Source of the DNA: Acidobacteriota bacterium
GTDB lineage: Bacteria > Acidobacteriota > Blastocatellia > Pyrinomonadales > Pyrinomonadaceae
Assembly: GCA_046765655.1 (NCBI GenBank)
Contig: JBKPMX010000013.1
Coordinates: 1,815 to 65,814 of the forward strand
DNA: 64,000 nucleotides
Reading direction: 5' to 3'
The notes under the pieces were generated by a model. The model saw nothing but the letters and a program-made list of their open reading frames with translations. It ran no database searches and was not told where the DNA came from. The position numbers were made by a program, and so were the translations under genes. How positions within the stretch are numbered: the first letter of the stretch is position 1; each line of letters opens with the position of its first letter. Shown one piece after another: positions 59,781-64,000 of the stretch.

Positions 59781-60227
59781 GTGAGACCGGAGCAACGCGT
59801 GCTTCGAGCCGCACAAGATTCAGATTTCACCTTTCTGCGAGAGTTCTCGAGCGGACCTCGTGATGAGCGACTCCGTGCGCAGATCCAAGACGGTCGATTA
59901 TTGATCATCGAGTCTCTCGAAGTTCCGGTGGGCTTTATCAAGTTCTATGTTCTTTGGGAGCTTCTGCCCTTCATGGAAGTCATCGTAATCCGAGACGATC
60001 ATCGTGGGTGCGGGATTGGCAGACGCGCGGTGCGTGAGTGGGAAGAACAGATGGCCGCGAGGTCGTTTAAGCTCACAATCGTGTCAACTCAGGCCGATGA
60101 GACAGCAAAAGACTTCTGGCATCGGGTAGGGTATCAGGACTGCGGCTCCCTTGCGCTACCTGGTCGGCCACTCGAGCTGTTTATGTATCGCGACATCTCG
60201 ACTGCGGTTGACCCCACAAATCGTTGA
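59781..60227 (+). CDS. GNAT-family N-acetyltransferase
   Basis: 148 aa, GTG start. Acetyl-CoA binding motif VIRDDHRGCGIGRRAV (R/Q-x-x-G-x-G/A) followed by the FW..GY motif typical of GNAT. Confidence 0.7.
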   Translation: MRPEQRVLRAAQDSDFTFLREFSSGPRDERLRAQIQDGRLLIIESLEVPVGFIKFYVLWELLPFMEVIVIRDDHRGCGIGRRAVREWEEQMAARSFKLTIVSTQADETAKDFWHRVGYQDCGSLALPGRPLELFMYRDISTAVDPTNR

Positions 60228-60269
60228 AAGCGACAAGAGCAAGGATGAAGGAAACATCAGATCAAGGTT

Positions 60270-60680
60270 TCATCTTTCATCGTTATCATCATCCGAATTC
60301 ATCTCAATTCTTTCGTAGGAAAGCACCAACTCCTCAATCGCGACATCGTTACCCTTTGCATTTAAGGGCGGGCCGGTGTATTTGACGATTCTTGAGCCCA
60401 CCAATGTCCATGTTTGGACCACGTTATTTCTTTCGTCTTTGAGAGTTACCCTCACCTTACGTTTCGCTCGTTTGTGCTTCTTGCGTATATCGTCGAGCCA
60501 ATCCTGCAAAGTTGACGACGAAATCACGCCGCGCTTCATTATCACGTCGATTGCTTTGTTTAGGCCGGTAAACTTGTCGATGTGGCTGAACTCCTGAAAG
60601 CCCCCGTGTGGACCGTCTGCCGTTCCGAAATCTACCAGAAAATTGAATTGCGAATAGGGTCGCAGGGTTGCGTTTGCCAT
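60270..60680 (-). CDS. phage/contractile-injection-system tail tube-like protein (T4 gp19 / PF06841, TIGR02241-like)
   Basis: Start MANATL at ATG 60680 with GGAGG 8 nt upstream (ORF-track start 60719 is less likely). Family landmarks: FNFLVDFG, GGFQEFS (cf. GFQEVSG), VIMKRG, VQTWTLVGSRIVKYTGPPLNAKGNDVAIEELVLSYERIE. Confidence 0.7.
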   Translation of the reverse strand: MANATLRPYSQFNFLVDFGTADGPHGGFQEFSHIDKFTGLNKAIDVIMKRGVISSSTLQDWLDDIRKKHKRAKRKVRVTLKDERNNVVQTWTLVGSRIVKYTGPPLNAKGNDVAIEELVLSYERIEMNSDDDNDER

Positions 60681-60969
60681 GGAAATTTCCTCCGCCGGTG
60701 AGATAGCCAAAGTATACAACTGTGTATATTGTGAATCGCGAATGAAAAAGAAAGCTTATCGCTTCGTCGATTTTCTAGTATCCGCGGTCAAACGCTCTGG
60801 TAAATTCTGCCGCTTGGTCCAACCGGTCATGGCAATTCTCCATACTCCTGGTCGTTGACTTCGTGGATCGTTTTTGATTGGGTGAGGAAGCGAGAACGAT
60901 CCACGAAATCACCGAATCAAACACGAACAAACACACTTGACTCGGGCTAGATTTACTTTTGCGCTGCCA

Positions 60970-62106
60970 TTACCTGCGAATTAGGAAGTGATAGATCGTT
61001 GTTGATGTGTACGTAGCGCCTTTGCGCAGCGTCGTTGTGGGAAACTTAGGTTCATTCGGTGAGTCGGGATAGTGTTGAGTCTCCAGACAAAAACCGGAAC
61101 GACGTTGATAAGGTTTGCCGCTCTTGCCAGTCAACGTCCCATCTAGAAAATTGCCTGTGTAGAACTGAATCCCAGGCTCTGTGGTCCAAACCTGCATCAA
61201 TCGACCACTCGTCGGCTCATACACTTCCGCCGCGACCCTCAGCCGGCCTGGTTTACCGTTAACGACCCAATTGTGATCATAGCCGTTGCCAAACTGCAGC
61301 TGCTGGTCATTTTGATTAATACGTTCGCCGATCCCGTGTGCGGTCACAAAATCAAATGGGCTTCCGCCTACGCTGCGGAGTTCTCCCGTCGGAATAGAGG
61401 TCGCATCAGTTGGCAAAAATCGATTTGATTTCAATGTCAGTTGGTGATTGAGAATGTCGCCATTTCCTTCACCGGCGAGATTGAAATACGAGTGATGCGT
61501 GAGATTAATGACCGTGTCTTTGTCGGTCGTGGCTGAATAGTCGATGCGTAGTTCATTATTATTGGTGAGCGTGTAAACAACTTTCACATTCAGATTTCCC
61601 GGATAGCCTTCTTCGCCATCCGTACTCAGATAAGTTAACGACAGCGAAGCCGCATTCCGTGTCGTTGTGGGAGCCGGCGTCCAGACAACTTTGTCGAAAC
61701 CTTTGATTCCACCGTGAAGATGGTTCGGTCCGTTGTTGACAGCGAGTTTGTATTCGACACCGTCGAGTGAAAAATGACCTTTCGCAATACGATTACCGTA
61801 ACGACCAATGATGCTGCCGAAGTACGGATGACCTTTTAGGTAGCTCTCCAGGTCATTAAATCCCAGCACCACATCTGCGAATTTTCTGGTGCGGTCGGGT
61901 ACGCTCAGTGAAACGACAATGCCGCCGTAATTGGTGATCTTCGCTTCCGTTCCCATTGCATTGGTTAGCGTAAACAATTCGACACTCTGGCCATCAGGCG
62001 TCTTGCCGAAATCCGCTCGTGTGATCTTTTGAGCGTACGCTGCGGTGAGGCAAAGTAGCAGGCAAACACAACTGAAGAGAATCGAACAGGCACGTGTAAG
62101 TTTCAT
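60970..62106 (-). CDS. galM: aldose 1-epimerase (galactose mutarotase), exported
   Basis: Mutarotase landmarks IGRYGNRIAKG, NHLHGG, HSYFNL, CLETQHYPDSPN. N-terminal signal peptide MKLTRACSILFSCVCLLLCLTAAYAQ. Confidence 0.85.
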   Translation of the reverse strand: MKLTRACSILFSCVCLLLCLTAAYAQKITRADFGKTPDGQSVELFTLTNAMGTEAKITNYGGIVVSLSVPDRTRKFADVVLGFNDLESYLKGHPYFGSIIGRYGNRIAKGHFSLDGVEYKLAVNNGPNHLHGGIKGFDKVVWTPAPTTTRNAASLSLTYLSTDGEEGYPGNLNVKVVYTLTNNNELRIDYSATTDKDTVINLTHHSYFNLAGEGNGDILNHQLTLKSNRFLPTDATSIPTGELRSVGGSPFDFVTAHGIGERINQNDQQLQFGNGYDHNWVVNGKPGRLRVAAEVYEPTSGRLMQVWTTEPGIQFYTGNFLDGTLTGKSGKPYQRRSGFCLETQHYPDSPNEPKFPTTTLRKGATYTSTTIYHFLIRR

Positions 62107-63566
62107 AGAGTGTTATCCTCGATGATTGTTCTAGGTTCCTTCTGCATGAGACTGATTTCACTTCGATTCACTAATACATGACCAAACGTTGATGCGCCTG
62201 GTGAAGAGCCAGAGAAGATCGCTGGCTTGTAACCAGTTTGATCTTCAAATCTATTCGCGATGCTTTCAATTGCCGGCCGCGCTGAACTCCGACCAAGCAC
62301 CGCTACAGTGCCACCACTTCCTCCACCAGTGATTCGTGCGCCATACAAGCCGTCAGCAAGTGAATCACGCACAAGTCCGACAATTAGATCGGTTGCTTCC
62401 GATCCGAGTCCACAGTCTGAATAACTCTGGTGCGACTGAAACATCAGTTCACCAAGTGGAGATGCTTGCTCAAGACCCTGCCACTCTTTCAGCGCAGCGG
62501 CGAACGCTTGAACACGACTGTTCTCGTAAATCGCATGACTGGCAGACTGCCGCACCGGATAGTCGACGGACGGGTGGACGCGGGTTACGGTATCAGTGAT
62601 CCCGTGGTAATGCGAAAGAAACTCGGCGCCTTTGATGGTTGATGGCAACGCTTGCAGGTAAGTAGCTTCGAATTCAGCCGGTGAGATATTCGCCAGATAG
62701 CCTTTCCACTTCGAATCGTCTCTTGACACTGTTCGCTGATCGCTAGTCGTACTTAGACCCGCAACATCAGCGATCATTCGATAACCCATGAATGCTGCTG
62801 TACGGACTGTCGTGTAGTCTGAACCACTGACTGCATGACGCACGCCGGAGTCGATGCCCCACAAACCGAGTTCATCCGGAATGCGCAAGGTGCCTCGCAG
62901 TTGATCCGGTTGGCACAGCAACTCGAGCAGGCGGTTTTCTTCTCCGCAGGACGATGTCATCTGGTCCATGATTCCACACGGAGCACCGGCAACCAGATTC
63001 TCAACCTTCTGACAGAGCGTAGCCAATTCTCGACAATTCATTTCGACGCCGAAAGCGCAAGTTGCGGCTTGCATGACCGCAACTTCGAGGGCCGCTGAAG
63101 AAGATACCCCTTTGCCTTCGGGAACGTTCGAACTAATCAGAATGGACGCGCCTTGATCGAAGGACACGCTTCTCTCGCGCATTAGGACCAGAAAAACACC
63201 GGCGACGTAAGCTGCCCAATGATTATCGGAGTTGGCGAAGAGTTCACGTCCAGTTTCGTATGCAATGGGCCCGTCGAAATTTGCCAGCTCAAACTCGAAA
63301 GTACGATCCGGCTGACTCACAATGCGAAGCGACCGTGAATCAGACTTTTGCAGCGCGACGTACGTCGCGTTCGCGATCGGCAGTTGAAGCACAAGTGAAC
63401 CGGAGTAGTCCGCAATACCGCCCATCACGTCGAGTCGACCAGGTGCTCGCGCAATCACGACCGGTTCAGCGTCATCGAAAAGATCAGACGAAGAAACGTC
63501 CTGGATAAATGCCAACGTTTCTTCGTGGGCATTCGCTAACTCTTTGACCGCTCTAAATCTGGTCAT
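62103..63566 (-). CDS. GHMP-family sugar 1-kinase (galactokinase / L-arabinokinase-like)
   Basis: N-terminal APGRLDVMGGIADYSGSLVLQLPI (the arabinokinase-type version of the galactokinase signature). GHMP motif II PEGKGVSSSAALEVA. Motif III ITGGGSGGT. ATGA overlap with galM implies translational coupling. Confidence 0.8.
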   Translation of the reverse strand: MTRFRAVKELANAHEETLAFIQDVSSSDLFDDAEPVVIARAPGRLDVMGGIADYSGSLVLQLPIANATYVALQKSDSRSLRIVSQPDRTFEFELANFDGPIAYETGRELFANSDNHWAAYVAGVFLVLMRERSVSFDQGASILISSNVPEGKGVSSSAALEVAVMQAATCAFGVEMNCRELATLCQKVENLVAGAPCGIMDQMTSSCGEENRLLELLCQPDQLRGTLRIPDELGLWGIDSGVRHAVSGSDYTTVRTAAFMGYRMIADVAGLSTTSDQRTVSRDDSKWKGYLANISPAEFEATYLQALPSTIKGAEFLSHYHGITDTVTRVHPSVDYPVRQSASHAIYENSRVQAFAAALKEWQGLEQASPLGELMFQSHQSYSDCGLGSEATDLIVGLVRDSLADGLYGARITGGGSGGTVAVLGRSSARPAIESIANRFEDQTGYKPAIFSGSSPGASTFGHVLVNRSEISLMQKEPRTIIEDNTL

Positions 63567-63636
63567 GGGGTGACAATTGTTCGACGCACAGAACGTCAGC
63601 GCTCAATTTTATCGACATAAATCAAGCTGAAATAAT

Positions 63637-63737
63637 TGCAGGTTGGGAAAGGTGGCTTGTCCCCGCTCAATGTCCTGTTCATTCAACGTTGAGAGTAAGG
63701 CACGTTGAGCGGGGGCAGCCACCCTTCCCAACTTGCA
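63637..63737. repeat. palindromic element (about 33-nt arms) between the IMPase-like gene and the kinase gene
   Basis: tgcaggttgggaaaggtggcttgtccccgctcaa versus ttgagcgggggcagccacccttcccaacttgca. Confidence 0.8.
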
Positions 63738-63810
63738 TATATCGGTGTTTGAGCTGTTTCAATGCGGCTTGCGTGTCGCTTCTTCTGTACGCAGAACATA
63801 CCCCTGATCG

Positions 63811-64000
63811 TTAATTATCTGGGTACAACAATCCACGACGTTGCAGTGCCGTCATCAACAGCGGTTCCATCTGTTTGCGTATTGCCTCGTTAGCGTAACC
63901 GATCCATGAAACGTCAGGTTCGACAGACAACATCGCATCTAACTGTTGGCCGCGGGCGTTGGTCACTATCACGCCAGCTTCTCTGGCAATCAATTCCGTA
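63811..64000 (-). CDS. inositol monophosphatase-family protein, 3' end only (continues beyond window)
   Basis: The reading frame is open to base 64000. [19 protein letters not shown] matches the C-terminal A-x-x-I-x-x-EAGG-x-V-T-x-x-x-G motif of IMPase/CysQ/FBPase-like enzymes. Confidence 0.5.
   Translation of the reverse strand, partial: TELIAREAGVIVTNARGQQLDAMLSVEPDVSWIGYANEAIRKQMEPLLMTALQRRGLLYPDN

Noticed and set aside
60860-60908. A 13-bp stem (ttcgtggatcgtt / aacgatccacgaa) downstream of galM, considered as an intrinsic terminator.
   Set aside because: The loop is 23 nt and there is no T-run on the relevant strand, so a terminator call is not supported. It is left unannotated.

Overview
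Bases 1-54755 form one same-strand array of 21 paralogous genes (20 complete, 1 cut by the window edge). They encode ~800-aa ADOP-type membrane proteins (Acidobacterial duplicated orphan permease, TIGR03434-like; MacB/FtsX family). The array is interrupted once, by a secreted SDYE-repeat protein. The window contains no ABC ATPase, membrane-fusion adaptor, TolC or PadR gene. The spacers between paralogs are unusual. Fourteen of the 20 start codons are preceded by 7-nt-periodic tandem repeats, with a different heptamer word in each spacer and a perfect 14-unit array at 41841-41938. These tracts mostly come as inverted pairs that could fold the whole stop-to-start spacer into one long hairpin. 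Other spacers hold palindromic MITE/REP-like elements of several families (one in 3 copies, one in 2 copies, one pair of related copies, and singletons built from shared hairpin modules). One element abuts a 33-nt relic of an ADOP 5' end. Downstream of the array lie a sigma-54-dependent response regulator plus histidine kinase, two exported proteins, a GNAT acetyltransferase, and an orphan phage/eCIS tail-tube-like gene. These are followed by an exported aldose 1-epimerase coupled to a GHMP sugar kinase and the 3' end of an IMPase-family gene. I saw no rRNA, tRNA or CRISPR. The source is probably an Acidobacteria chromosome; this is inferred only from the lineage restriction of the ADOP family.
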